A DNA stretch of 63,653 bases, counting the filler, from Reticulomyxa filosa (taxonomy: Eukaryota; Protista; Foraminifera), in assembly GCA_000512085.1 (NCBI GenBank). It is 14 parts of 14 records of this genome, joined end to end, with 100 filler letters (N's around TTAATTAATTAA, not from the genome) between each part and the next. Parts side by side here need not be neighbours in the genome. Positions count along the whole stretch, not along the records: positions 48,227 to 52,056 come from ASPP01046096.1; positions 52,157 to 54,126 come from ASPP01021296.1; positions 54,227 to 62,126 come from ASPP01027886.1; positions 62,227 to 63,653 come from ASPP01008373.1; 10 more parts are not named here. The stretch is one strand, 5' to 3'. Position numbers and translations under genes: made by a program. Numbering within the stretch: the stretch's first letter is position 1; every line of letters begins with the position of its first letter. A model generated the notes under the pieces. That model was not told the DNA's origin. It did no database searches and saw only the letters and a program-made list of their open reading frames with translations. Shown here piece by piece: positions 51,186 to 63,535 of the stretch.

Positions 51186-52056
51186 ATGGGTGCATGTGTT
51201 TCTGTAGCAAATGTTGAAAAAGGCTCTTCTCCTCCCTCGCCAAGTTTGGATAATGAGACTGAAGACGTACCAAACCGAGGAGTGGTGACGCGAAAAGGTC
51301 CTCCTCCGACCGTACAAGCAAGCGAAGAGGAAGACAGCAGTAGTGATGAGAAAGTGTATGCGAATGCGAATGTATTAGAGATTAACGAAGATATAATCCA
51401 CAACAAGTTGTTTTTAGAAAAGACGAGCGACGACAACATATTTGTGATGTTCGTAAAGCCCGACTTGCGATTGGAATGGACAAAGATGTTGACATTGAAG
51501 CCGATGTTTGGATCGAACTGCAATAGCGGGGCACGCCTGACATCAATCGAAGACGAAGGGACCCTTTTGAAGTACGGGGACTATCCTCTGGGCAGTGTCC
51601 TTTTCTACATCGATGACATCAACGTCTTACTCCAACCCTTTCAAGACATCTTACGTTTGTTGAACACTGGCAACTTCCAAAAGCTCATTTTTCAAGTTTC
51701 TTATTATTATTAATTTTTTTTTTTTATAAAAAAAAAAAGGGGGGAGAAAATTGTAAGTTCAAAAAGATTGAAAATAAAATTTATATATATATATATATAA
51801 AAAGAAAGGGAACAAATTTGAAAAATGGTTTCAAACGTGGGGTTTGGACGACATATTGGAATATGGGACAAAGAATCACGCGGAGCTGGAACAGCGACTG
51901 CCGATGGAGTATGACAGATATTCCCAAAGATATGGCTGGATTGATGCCAACATCAATGCAAATGGCAGTGGCAATAATAGCAATGACAACATCGATGGCG
52001 ATCTCGAAGCTGGTGCCACTGCAACTGCAAACATCAATACCAATACCATTATCAAT
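51186..52056 (+). CDS. Hypothetical protein with an N-terminal MGAC acylation motif and a PDZ-like segment; 3' truncated
   Basis: Starts MGACVS. GARLTSI...PLGSVLFYIDDINVLLQPFQDILRLL resembles the second half of a PDZ domain. Intron begins at about 51697. Confidence 0.55.
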
Positions 52057-52156
52057 NNNNNNNNNNNNNNNNNNNNNNNNNNNNNNNNNNNNNNNNNNNN
52101 TTAATTAATTAANNNNNNNNNNNNNNNNNNNNNNNNNNNNNNNNNNNNNNNNNNNN

Positions 52157-52199
52157 ATAAGGTGGCATTTTAGGTTTCAACTTTCTTTTTTATCTTACT
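52157..52199 (+). repeat. Dispersed repeat end, second copy of 31015-31057
   Basis: 41/43 identity to 31015-31057. Confidence 0.85.
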
Positions 52200-52743
52200 G
52201 GAACGGTTTATCAGATGGTGCAACAAACAACTACACCAAGAGTTGTATACGTTCCAATACAAAAAAAACACGAGATAATAATCAATTTATAACACTATCA
52301 ATATTTCAAAAATTGCTCAAAATAGAGAATAAGTTGAACAAATGATTGCAATTTTTTGGTTTGAAAAACTACGGTATTGTATTTCGAAATGTAAACAATC
52401 TTTTGTGCTGTGCCCTCAATGATGAGCTTATTGTCACTTTTGTTTTACACACTGTGAAAATAAAAAAATCGTAAAATGAAAAGTGAAAAGAAAAAAGAAA
52501 TAGCTGCAATTTAGCGTCAATGCGATCAATGTGAAAGCACACTATTTTCGTCTAATTTTATGACAGAGGTTAAAATTTGTTTAATGGAGATGGATAAAAA
52601 ATATTGTTTCAAAACGAAAAATTTGACATACAACCCATACATGCCAAAAAAAAAATCTAGGTGGAATTTTGAACAAGTATTTCCGGTTCGGTGTTCAAAG
52701 TGAACATTATCTTACGATTTCAATTGACTATTGGACGTTGTCC

Positions 52744-54039
52744 TTAAAATGGCGGCGCCCTTTCCTCTCGGTTCCCGTCTGATATTGTAATAACACATAT
52801 CTTTGCAAAAAAGGAAAAACATAAAAGCGGTGCGACACACAAAAAACCAAACTCATCTTTCGAAGGAATAGGAGCAGCCGGTTCCGCGGCGAGAGATTGA
52901 TAAGTTTTACTTTTGTTCAGCCGATAGGGTACACTATCGTTTTTATAACTACGCGAAGCAGGTTTGAGTTTGGGTGTACTTTGTGAGGACTTAGTTTTCC
53001 ACCTGGCAGTGATAAATTGCCATCCCGGCACTGCAATAATTGCAAACAAAACATTGGCAATTTGTTCAAGGACGAGTCTTCCAAGTTTCAAAAGCAAGTG
53101 CAAGATGGTTAACGACGGTTTCACCGTGTCAACGATTTTTTGTTGCCACCTCCATATGGTCTGTGCTTTGTTTTGATCATTTGTCTTTGGAGTGGCCGAA
53201 GATTGTGACTCATTGGGATTGTTATCATTATCATCATTGTTGTTGTCGTTGTGGTCCTTGTCTGTTGTTGTGTTTGCTTCGGTTGATCCCGACAAAAGCT
53301 TGCTGGACAATTTGTCGTGAGAAAAGTACCACGTGGACCAAGACAAAAACCCTTTGACAAGCCATAGTAGAAACTGGCTGACTTTGGAATAATAACAGAG
53401 GATGACAAGTCCATAACACAGCACGAGTGCATAGCACGTGCGATAAATGCACAAATACAAGTCCACTGCCAACAAGGCACAGACTACGTATTTTGTGACC
53501 CACACGGTTTTCCAATTGCACAGATCAAAGTATGCTTGCAATAGCACATTACTGTACGTCAACAAGTCCTGATACCACCACAATAGCTCTGACATGCCAC
53601 TGTAACGCATCAAATGATTTCCAACACGACTAACGAATTTCGGAAACGGCTCAAATATCCAACAAAACAAAATTTTTAATCACACAAAAAAAAAAAAAAA
53701 ACAGCATATATTATTGAGAGTGAAGAGGGGGGAGGGGAATCACTTAAAATCATGTTGATATGAATATTGTGAAAAAGAAATATGAGTGTTGCTAACCTCA
53801 TTGTTACGCGGACTGTCGAGGTCATCTTTGTCCACACTTTCAATGAGAGGTTTGCTCTTATTTTCATTTGTTACGATGCGCGCGGGAGTGGAGGCCTGTG
53901 GCTTCTTTTCTTTCGGTTCTTTGGTCTGAACAAACGAAAGTGGAATAATTCCCAAAAGAGTACATATGCCATGCAAAATCGATGGCAGTTCCAAACTACT
54001 GCTTTTGCCAGTTTTCGTTTCTCGCTTTTCACTTTGCAA
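52744..54039 (-). CDS. Hypothetical membrane protein; multi-exon, ends uncertain
   Basis: 308-codon ORF with long hydrophobic helices (YVVCALLAVDLYLCIY, YALVLCYGLVILCYY) plus an upstream exon-like ORF at 53740-54039. Confidence 0.55.
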
Positions 54040-54265
54040 TACTTTTTGGTTCTTTTTTTTTTTTTTTTTTGGATAAAGGATTGAATCTGCAATTCATAAT
54101 ATCATAAAAAAAAAAAAAAAAAAAAANNNNNNNNNNNNNNNNNNNNNNNNNNNNNNNNNNNNNNNNNNNNTTAATTAATTAANNNNNNNNNNNNNNNNNN
54201 NNNNNNNNNNNNNNNNNNNNNNNNNNAAAAAAAAAAAGGTTTTGTGTACAAAAAAGCTTCAAAAT

Positions 54266-55273
54266 TTAAGCCTCATCTTCTTCAGCTTGTTCAGAAGTCC
54301 ACAAGGTCAAATTGTCTCGCAACAATTGCATAATCAAAGTGGAATCTTTGTAGTTGGTGTCAGTCAAACCATCTAATTTTTCAATGGCTGCATCAAACGA
54401 TTTCTTGGCAAGTTCACAAGCTTTCTCAGGTTGTTTCAAAATTTCGTAATAGCAAACGCTAAAGTTCAAGGCCAAGCCCTATTTGTTTGTAGAAAAAAAA
54501 ACATTTTTTTAATCGACGTATACTTTTCAACATAAAAAACAAAAACTTTACCAAGCGAGTTGGATGGGTTTCAGGGAGGTGATCTTGAGCAATGTCCAAA
54601 GCTTTTTGGTAGTATTCCTTTGATTTTTCCTTGTAGGAGTCATTGCCTTGTCTGAATTCAGCCAAGTAGCGATAATAATCACCAATCATTTTCAAGTAGA
54701 AAACTTCCGTTTCATCTTTCTTGTCACTGACTGTTTTCAACAAATAGTCAACCAACAAAGAAATCACCTCCTTGCAAATGTTTTCCAATTCGGTTTCAAC
54801 AATTCCTTTATATTTCTCAATCAATGCCTCATCAGCATCATCAAAGCCTCCACTCAATGTTCGCCATGATGCTCGTTTGCTGCCAACCACATTCTTATAC
54901 GCAACAGACAACAAGTTTCTTTCTTCCACATCCAAGCCTTGGCCTTTCGCGGTTTTGGTTTCCACCAAAGCCTTCACGAATTTGCACACTATTTTTTTAA
55001 AATTCACAATTAAGTTTAGATATCTATTTTATTGGAAGGAAAAAAATGACTCGTGCAATATTATCTTAACTGTCTTCATATCTTTCCGCTGTTTCGGCTA
55101 CTCGGACTAATTCAACCAATTGAGGAGCTTCCAATGATCTGTTGTGTTTTAATTTCAATTTCAATTATTTTATTTTTATTTCTCCCTACCTATCCATTTT
55201 TCAATTGACCACCCCTTTCGCGTACAACATAAAACAACACATACCCAAATGCAGCTAATACTGGGTTCGACAT
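54266..55273 (-). CDS. 14-3-3 protein; 4 exons
   Basis: [79 protein letters not shown]. First exon is 55245-55273. Confidence 0.97.
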
Positions 55274-55772
55274 TATTTGCACTTATGGTAGTGTTTATGG
55301 AAGAAAATAATTGAAACTTTAAAAATGAAACACAAAAAACAGTTTTCAAACTAGGAAAGAGAATTTTTTAAACTTAGAAAACACCTTCAGTTTCATATCG
55401 TAGTTTACAGGTTTAGCGCGTTTCTCTTGTAAGACCTCCAGACTATTCGCCTTTGCATTGCTTGTTCACTACGACGTCTGTTTAAATTCTAAAAATTTCA
55501 ATTACAAAATTCTTTTTATCGTGTTATGTTAGTTTCTTTCGAATGAGGAACCATAGAAAAATGTCTTTTGTTTTATTGTGTGCTGAATTTAACAATCGAA
55601 AGTGGTGGAAGCAAATTAGACTCATAAAGACGATAGCTACTGCAGAATGGAACGAAATGATATTTTTTTTTCAATATGACTTAAAAAACTGTAGGTTGCA
55701 TGATGAAAAGGTAGAACAAAAGGAAAAATTGACACTCATCAAGCCTCCTCATTTTTTTTTAAAAACTATTGT

Positions 55773-56676
55773 TTACGACTGCATTAATTTTTGCAACCTA
55801 TTTTCAAGTGCACGTTCTTCATCAGTGACGGTGGTTTCCGGTTCCTTATTTTCTTTGACTTCGTGCGTGGCAACCCCAGCTTCTTGGAACATTTTGTCAA
55901 CATCCATAGCATTTTCAGTAGCAATCTCTTTCAATAGTGCATCGACCTGGCGTTCGTCAAATGTTGTGGCGGTCGTCGTGTTCAAAGCATTTTCCATCAC
56001 TTTGCTTTCGATATCTAACTGTTCAAATTTCTCGGTGAATTGATCCATTGTGCGAGTCATTCTGGTGTGTTTTTTTTTTTACCAAAAAAATTTGCTGGCT
56101 AAGCAAACAATAAAAACACATACAAAAAAAAAAAAAAGAAACTGTGTCAATTGTTCATCAGTAATAGTTTCACCCATGGTTTTGCTGACGTTGGCAAGCA
56201 GCTTGGATGCTTTTTGCATTTGTTCCGCGCTTGTGATTTTCGAATATACTGCGTCCAAGCGTGATGACAATTGCAATGTTTTGTTTGCCATGTTTCGTTG
56301 ATGAATTGCTGTTCCGGCGTGTATCTAATTTATATTTATTTTATTTTAGGTTTCAATAAAATCGACCATCTTTTAATAGACTCGGCGTAACTCTTGCTAT
56401 GTCAAACTGTCCTTTTTGCATTGCCTCTGCTGCTTTCTTCTTGTACTTGTCATGTTCTTTCTTCGCAAAAATAAATCAAAACAAATTCAAATGTTTACTC
56501 CAAGTGTCTTCCAAGGGGGGGGCCAAACAAGTTTGCACCCCTTGAACTACTTTTCATTATTATATCATTTTTTTCAAACAACTAACCTCAAACTTTTTGC
56601 TTTGATTGGCCAATTGTTTGGCATTCCATCGTAGTTGAAATTTTTCTTCTTCTAATTTTTGAGCGTCGTTCCCCAT
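55773..56676 (-). CDS. CHMP1: ESCRT-III CHMP1/Did2/Vps46-like protein; multi-exon
   Basis: FQLRWNAKQL, IHAGTAIHQRN, LQLSSRLDAV, MDQFTEKFEQLDI, QVDALLKEIA, and a C-terminal MIM1-like LENRLQKL. Confidence 0.88.
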
Positions 56677-57424
56677 TTTTTATTTTTTTTATTTTTTTTT
56701 TGAGGGTTTGGGACCCTTTTAATTTTTTATCACACTTAGAACGTGCACAAGTAAACTGTTATATTTCGTGATGTATTATGATTTGATAAACGGAGACACG
56801 ATATGGCCAAATTATTTCAGACATAAAGGTAAATTTATGAACAAAGAATTTTTGAATATACTTGTTGACGGTAATATTGAAATAGATAAGCGGCCTGAAG
56901 ATGCAACGTGATAAAAATCCGTGCTGCGCACAATTGCGGGATCGCTTTAAAACTTTTTTCTGATCCCAAAAAAAATAATTAAATATAAGTAAACATGAAA
57001 TATTGTTCAAGTAAGTGTTTTAAACAAAAGAATATTTTCAAAAATATTTTTGCCACCTTGTTTAATTAATTCAACTTATTTAGTTTAAAAATAAAAAATG
57101 AATATGATTGATCAGATCATCGATAGTTGATGATTTTTGATAAAAGATATAACAGTTAGAGTATATTTAGTTGAGTACCCAAAGTGAGACTTTGGATTGT
57201 TGGGCTATAACTTTTGTTTTGTTTATAGCTTAATGAAGCATTTTTAAGTATTTACACTTACACAAGAGTGTGTTTATCAAATATTTAAGTCTGCAAGAGA
57301 TGTAATTTTCTCAAGATTTAATGAGAAAATCATTGATTTGTTTTTGATGTCCCACAAAACTAGTTTAAAAGAACTCACGTCCAACAAAACCAAAAAAAAA
57401 GCAAATTTATGTCGTGTTGGTGTC

Positions 57425-58630
57425 ATTTAGCGCAAAAGTAATATCACAAAGTGGTATCTTGAGTTTCTATACAATAACATTCTCACATGTTACTGTTTCG
57501 AATTTGATACAGCATTTGATTTAATGTATATTTTTTCTTGTACATGTCAGTAACCACATGTTTAAAAGTATCGCTAAACAAAGAAGAATCACTGACTAAA
57601 TTTCCCTTAGTGGTGGATCAAATAGTCAGAAAGCCATCATCATTGTGTCCATACATCTTACGTTGGAAAAGCAAAGTATGTTCATTACCTCGCAACACAA
57701 TTTCATGAGAAGTGGGATTATTTCGACCATCCACGATAAATATTTTTGGATGAATTCATTTGGTTACAATTGAAAAAGGATCGAATAACATCAATTGAAA
57801 CAAAATCATCATCACTGGTCACCAAATGCATTGTCATTATCCCCATGTCCACAAAGAATAAGATCTTTTTCTTTCATATTTTTCAAATTTGGCCAATTTG
57901 TCATCTTATCATATTCACTAATTGCAATCACCATCACCAATGCATTTTTCACCAATTTCTTCTCTTCGTCTTTTCTCTAGCTAATTATCAATATTGGCTC
58001 TTTTTCTTTGAATATCTTCACAACATCTTCATTCGATTCAATCACATGTCCCTTCATATCCATCGCATCCATTTTCATTTTTGATATTTCCTCATAGTCA
58101 TCACTTTGTAACAAATCATAGATTTGGAGGCGCAATTCCTTCAATGTCAATCTTAGCAATAGGTTTTTGCCGCTGCGCTTCCAACTTATTACTCCATTTT
58201 TTTTTTTTGTGGCTCTCTCGTTATCCCTTTTCATTAACTGTATTACTTGAGAAATGTGGGGATTGATCCCTTTCCCATATTTCAAATTTCTGTTTCAGGA
58301 AGTTCAAAGACAAGAAAGTCCAAGGGTGCAAGAGGCAAATAATACGTAATATACACAAAAATTAAAAAAGGCCGTTTTTTTTAAGGCTCAAGTTATAAAA
58401 GTGGCTGTTTATTGTGATAAATGGTTTACAAAGGAGATCGAAACAGATATAACCTCTATTCTTTGGTCTGCTGCAGTCGTAATGGCCATGCCTGACCAGA
58501 GGTCTTCTGCGTTTGGCCAGTGTTCCACTTTATTATTACTCTGTATGTTGTTCATACATCCGCACAGCATCATTTTGACAGTCAAAATCATATTTTCTTC
58601 ATCAAACAAACCATTTCTTACGGTATCACA
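57425..58630 (-). pseudogene. Caspase-like (peptidase C14 fold) pseudogene
   Basis: Across several frames: NALVMVIAISEY...WPNL, LILCGHG (57841-57860), LVTSD...SIDVIRSFF, PKIFIVD, DGFLTI-stop-STTKG. Stops and frameshifts present. Confidence 0.65.
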
Positions 58631-59870
58631 AAAAGATGATAAAAGGCGTGTTTAATTTTTTTTTAAAGAACCTCCTGGTCTTTCTTACAAAAAAGAAAAA
58701 CTTTGAAGTGTTAGTGGATATCAAAAATTAAAGTGGATCACTGTAAATTTAAAATGAAATATGAGATTTACCAACTTGTTCTATCATTTAACATTTCGAT
58801 TTTAAATTGTTTTGGTTGAAGGATTGTTCTCGTAAAAAATAAAAAAATGAGTCTGTGAATTTAGCAAGCAGGTCACAAACATTTCAAAATTGGCTTTTTT
58901 GCTTGAATCTGTTTTGAATGTTTTACACAGACTTTCTTATCGAAAGATGATGTTATACTCGGAGGTGTCTTGACTTTTCACAATATCTTTTTTACTCAAT
59001 GTTACAAGATATTAGGATAGATTTGTAACAAAGTTTAACGGATACCGTGCTTATATTTGATATTACAACATTTTTAACGTATTAACTCAATAATGACATG
59101 TTAGGCACTTGATGTCCTTTTGCAGCTGACCATATGATCAAAGATTCATCGTTAGTGTTACATATATTTCACTTTCTCGTATTGTAGTAGTGAGACTTTG
59201 AAATTTTTTCATCATATTAATGGATAAAATTTGTTTTTTTAAAATTAGTTTTTCAAAAAAACCTCGTGTGTTTACTTTTTTTGATAATTGGTGTCATAGT
59301 TTTGAAATATTTGTCTTAAGATGCAATTCGGTAAAATATTTTTCTTGTCATTGTTTTTTGTTAAAAATATATGCAAAGTAACTAGCTTTTTTGTACCAAT
59401 GGAACAGGTATTCAAATAAACCAAGGTACGTCTCAAAGTCCCATTAGTTAGATTTAACAAACAGAAAAATTTTCTAGAATCTCGCAAAAGCGCACGCACA
59501 CATTCACTTTTCTCTTTTTCAAATCTTATATTGTGGTTTTTAGGAATTATAATTGACGATGAAAAAGGAAACAAGGAGAAATGGCTTGAGGTTTGTTTTT
59601 TTTTTTTTTAATAATGAAAAATAAGACAAGGTTTTGTAAAAAAAAAGATAAGAGCTAATGGCGATTGCTCTTTAGCAATATCAAATCTGATGGAATTTTA
59701 TCAAAATGTTGCCTATAATGGGGAAGCTGGAAGATTGTCACCAGCATATTTTCAAAATAACAGTTTATGAAATCAACAACAATAACAAAAACAAATAAAA
59801 TGCTTTTTTTATGAATTATGAAAGATAAAAGATCGTATTTTCACTAGGCAAAGCGAGATGTAATGGAGGA

Positions 59871-62126
59871 ATGCAAGAAAGCGGCAATAATAATAACACT
59901 ACAAGTGAAAAAAGTCGAACACATACAAAGGAAATAAAAGTACTAATTCGACTATTCGGTGATTCAGTTAACAAAGAAGAATTACAACAGAAGATGGAAT
60001 ATCATAACGGTAATATCGAATTAGTGATTAAAGATCTTGTCCAGCAATCTGTTGAAAAAGAAGTATGAAAGGAGACACAACATATCTTTCTATTATCAAT
60101 ATTCAATACCTCATTGCCTTTTTAACATAAAAAAAGGATAAATTAGAATCAGAAAATATAATCAACGAATTAGAGAAGACAGAGCAGGTAATAGTAAATT
60201 ATTTTATTTATTTTCATGGCATTTACTTTTTTGTTTGTTTGAAATAAAAAATAGAAACAAGAACAAGAAAATACAGTGAATAATATCAATAGTATACAAA
60301 AGGAACTTGAAAAAACAGAAATTGGAGAAACAAAGCCAGGAATTAATCTGCAAGGATATTGTAGCAACGAAACCTGTTCGGCAGCAAAAGCCAAATTACC
60401 ACATGGATTAATATCGAATTTGATAATATTACATTTATTTCAAATCAAACATCTTTTATTTGTCCTAATTGTAAAAAATCAACTGTCAATTTAATTATTA
60501 AAGCAATGTTCTACAATTCTGAGCATTCCATTTGCGCAAGTGATGATTCAATACCTGTGAAAGATAATCATTATCAATGTTCATATACAATCAAATCCGG
60601 ATTGTCTTATGAATTGAAAGCAAAAAAAATAAGACAACATGCAAAGAGTATTGAAGATTTAATGGAGCGAAGTGAGAATGCAATGAATAGCATTGAAATA
60701 AAGAATTTAGTGACTGAATTACAGAAATACGAAATTACAGTCGTAAAACCATCCAATTTAAAAGAAAATGAAAGATTATCAGAAAAGATTAAAACAGATG
60801 ATAATGGTGATTTTAATCAAGCATTTGATATTGGAAGATTTACAATTTTATGTGATCATCCAATAAAATTACAAACCGCAGTTGCAGTCATAAAGAAAGC
60901 AGAACAGTTTAATTTGGTTGTATCTGAAGATAAAGATTTCTTCAATAAACAATCAAAGACTCACCATCGTTTTTATAATATTAAATTGTATGTTCCAAAA
61001 TATGATGTATATATTGAAATGCAAGCAACATTGAAAAATTTTTCAACAATAGAAGAATATGCTGTAGTTGAAAATCCAAAATTAGGTCATTTATTTTATA
61101 CATATATTCAATCATGGAAACCTAACAACCATTCAGAAGAAGAATTAAAAAAGGTAAGTGAAGAAACATTGACTAAAATTAATGATATTGTCTGTGAATG
61201 GATTGATGAAAAAGAAATTAAAAAAATTGCAAATCGTTATAAATCACATTCTGAAATTCAAATATTGAAACCTCCACAATTAAAGGAAGAAGAAATCAAT
61301 ACCAAACATGATATTTCATTGAAATTAACAAAATTTGTTTATGATCAACTTTGTAAATTCAATCCAAGGGAAACGAAAGGACAAGCTATTTATGTAACCT
61401 TACTTGAATATTTCAAGAAATACATTATGGGTGAAATGAATCCAGCAAGTTGTGCTGATGTCATATTAATTTTAAAGGAATCAAGGAAGCAAGAATTAGA
61501 AGAGGATACAACTGTGTTACAAGCTCTTGACACATATATACCATTAAAAGCAAATAACTACCCATACACAGACAGTGATGAAAATAAAAAAAATAATTCA
61601 TATGATTGCCATCAACATATAATTGATTTATTAAGAGAAGAAAAAGAAGAGAAAAAAGTTGAAAAACAAGTGATAGTATTACAAGGAAAATCAGGGTCAG
61701 GAAAAACTTTGTCCTGTCGTCATTTAGAAGAGGTATTATGGGAACTATATTTAAATGGCTCCACAACATCTGTACCTGTTTATATCTCATTACCAAAATA
61801 TTATAATGAATTAAATGAAAAACAAATCATTTCTCAAGCTTTACAAATGAAACAAATCAATAAAGAGATAATTGATGCTATTCGTGAAAATATGTCATTT
61901 GTATTTCTTTTGGATGGATTTGATGAAATATTTGACAAATATAATAAAAATAATAATGATGAAAAATATTTTTACGATCGATTCAATTTAAATGAATGGA
62001 ATGCAAAAATAATAGTAACGTGTCGAAATCATGCATTAAATGATGAAGATATCAAACACACTTTAATTGGTTCAAATAATACAACAACATCAATGATATA
62101 TTTGTGGCCTTTTTCAAAAGAACAAA
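59871..62126 (+). CDS. NACHT-type STAND NTPase with N-terminal CUE-like, Cys-rich and RelA/SpoT-like nucleotidyltransferase domains; frameshift near 60402; 3' truncated
   Basis: Walker A VIVLQGKSGSGKT (61685-61708), Walker B FVFLLDGFDEI, sensor KIIVTCR, and LWPFSKEQ. Upstream: LKENERLSEK...DIGRF...HRFYNIKL...IEMQATL...GHLFY. Introns at about 60063-60137 and 60188-60254. Confidence 0.85.
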
Positions 62127-62226
62127 NNNNNNNNNNNNNNNNNNNNNNNNNNNNNNNNNNNNNNNNNNNNTTAATTAATTAANNNNNNNNNNNNNNNNNN
62201 NNNNNNNNNNNNNNNNNNNNNNNNNN

Positions 62227-62459
62227 CAGAAATTGATCTTGATGATGTCGTCGGGCGTGCCGCCGGCCGCTTCGACGCAGAGCCTGATGTGCTTGAAGAT
62301 GTTGGTAACCTGCGCCGCAAGATCGGCCGGGATGTTCCGTGTGCCGGGCTCGGTGCCGTTCATGATGCTCGACATCACGATGTTGCCGATGCGGCTGGCA
62401 TTCGGGATGGGATTCTGGTGGCTGTAGCCCGGGTAGTTGACGCTCTTGCGCTGGGTCAT
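62227..62459 (-). CDS. Bacterial RidA/YjgF-family protein, 5' part
   Basis: HQNPIPNASRIGNIVMSS...DLAAQVTNIFKHIRLCVEAAGGTPDDIIKINF; GGAGAG Shine-Dalgarno-like site upstream. Confidence 0.85.
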
Positions 62460-62486
62460 CGTTTCTCTCCCTTGCTCGTCAGAATG

Positions 62487-63439
62487 CTAGAGCAGATTCC
62501 GGTTTGATAGAACATAGCCGGCGTTCGCGAAGTAGTTTGCGCATTCTGTTGGACTGAAGCGTTGGAGGAGCATGCCGACGGCATCCCATAGAGTGGTAAC
62601 GGTACGTGCGGCAGCTTTGCGAAGTAGTGCCTTGAGCTTGGCGAAGGCCTGCTCGATGGGATTGAGGTCGGGACTGTAGGGCGGCAGATACAGGAGACAC
62701 GCACCGACGGCCTCGATGGCGGTGCGGACGGCGGGCCCCTTATGGGAGCCGAGATTGTCCATGATGACGATGTCACCCGGGGTCAGGGTCGGCACCAGGA
62801 ACTGCTCGACATAGGCCGTGAACGTCTCACCGTTGATCGGGCCGTCGATCACGCATGGCGCCGTGATGGTGTCGTGGCGCAGGGCGGCGAGGAAGGTGCT
62901 GGTCGTCCAGTGTCCGTGCGGCACGGAAGCGACAAGGCGCTGGCCACGCGGGGCCCGGCCGTAAGGCCTGGCCATGTTGGTCTTGATCCAGGTCTCGTCG
63001 ATGAAGACAAGCCGTGCCGGGTTCAGGTGCGGCTGGGCTTCCCGCCACGCCGCCGGGCCGCGGCGACGTCGGGCGCTCTTGCTCCGATGCGTGGAGCGTC
63101 TTTTTTACGCGTCAGGCCCAACGCCTCCAAGTAACGATGCACCGACGTACGGCCAACCGTGATCCCCTCAGCCGTCAGCCGATCCCACAACTCGTCGAGC
63201 GTCAGGTCGGGGTGGGCCGTCACAAGGCCACGCACCAACTCCTCGTGCGCCGCCAGCGCGAACGACTTCTTGGCACCTTTCCGCGGAGCGACGCTGCCGG
63301 TGCGCTTCCAATGCTGCACCAGCTTGATCGCACAGCTCTCACTGACCGCGAACCGCACCGCCGCTGCCCGGCGCGAAAGCCCAGCCTCAACCGAACCAAC
63401 GATCCGGCGCCGAAGATCCAAAGAATGAGGGCGTGCCAT
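62487..63439 (-). CDS. IS630 transposase in two frames (HTH ORF A and DDE ORF B)
   Basis: MARPHSLDLRRRIV HTH; catalytic FIDET, MDNL and YSPDLNPIE; A-run at 63101-63106 at the ORF junction. Confidence 0.93.
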
Positions 63440-63535
63440 CCATGCTGGCCTCCTCGGTTCCAGCCCTCAGTTTGAATCACACTTCAAGCCTAACGGGAAT
63501 CCCCCATCTCGATTCCTGCAAACCGGAATATGCTC
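62490..63535 (-). mobile_element. IS630-family insertion sequence (1046 bp) with TA target duplication
   Basis: Terminal inverted repeats GAGCAGATTCCGGTTTG (62490-62506) and CAAACCGGAATATGCTC (63519-63535), 16/17 match. TA at 62488-62489 and 63536-63537. Confidence 0.95.

Noticed and set aside
6538-62226. Regularly recurring TTAATTAATTAA palindrome as a biological repeat or CRISPR-like array
   Set aside because: It is always centred in 44+44 Ns, so it is an artificial six-frame-stop linker. Gene adjacency across linkers means nothing.
700-63480. Many 60-190 aa ORFs antisense to or overlapping identified genes
   Set aside because: Shadow ORFs of real coding strands or of low-complexity sequence.
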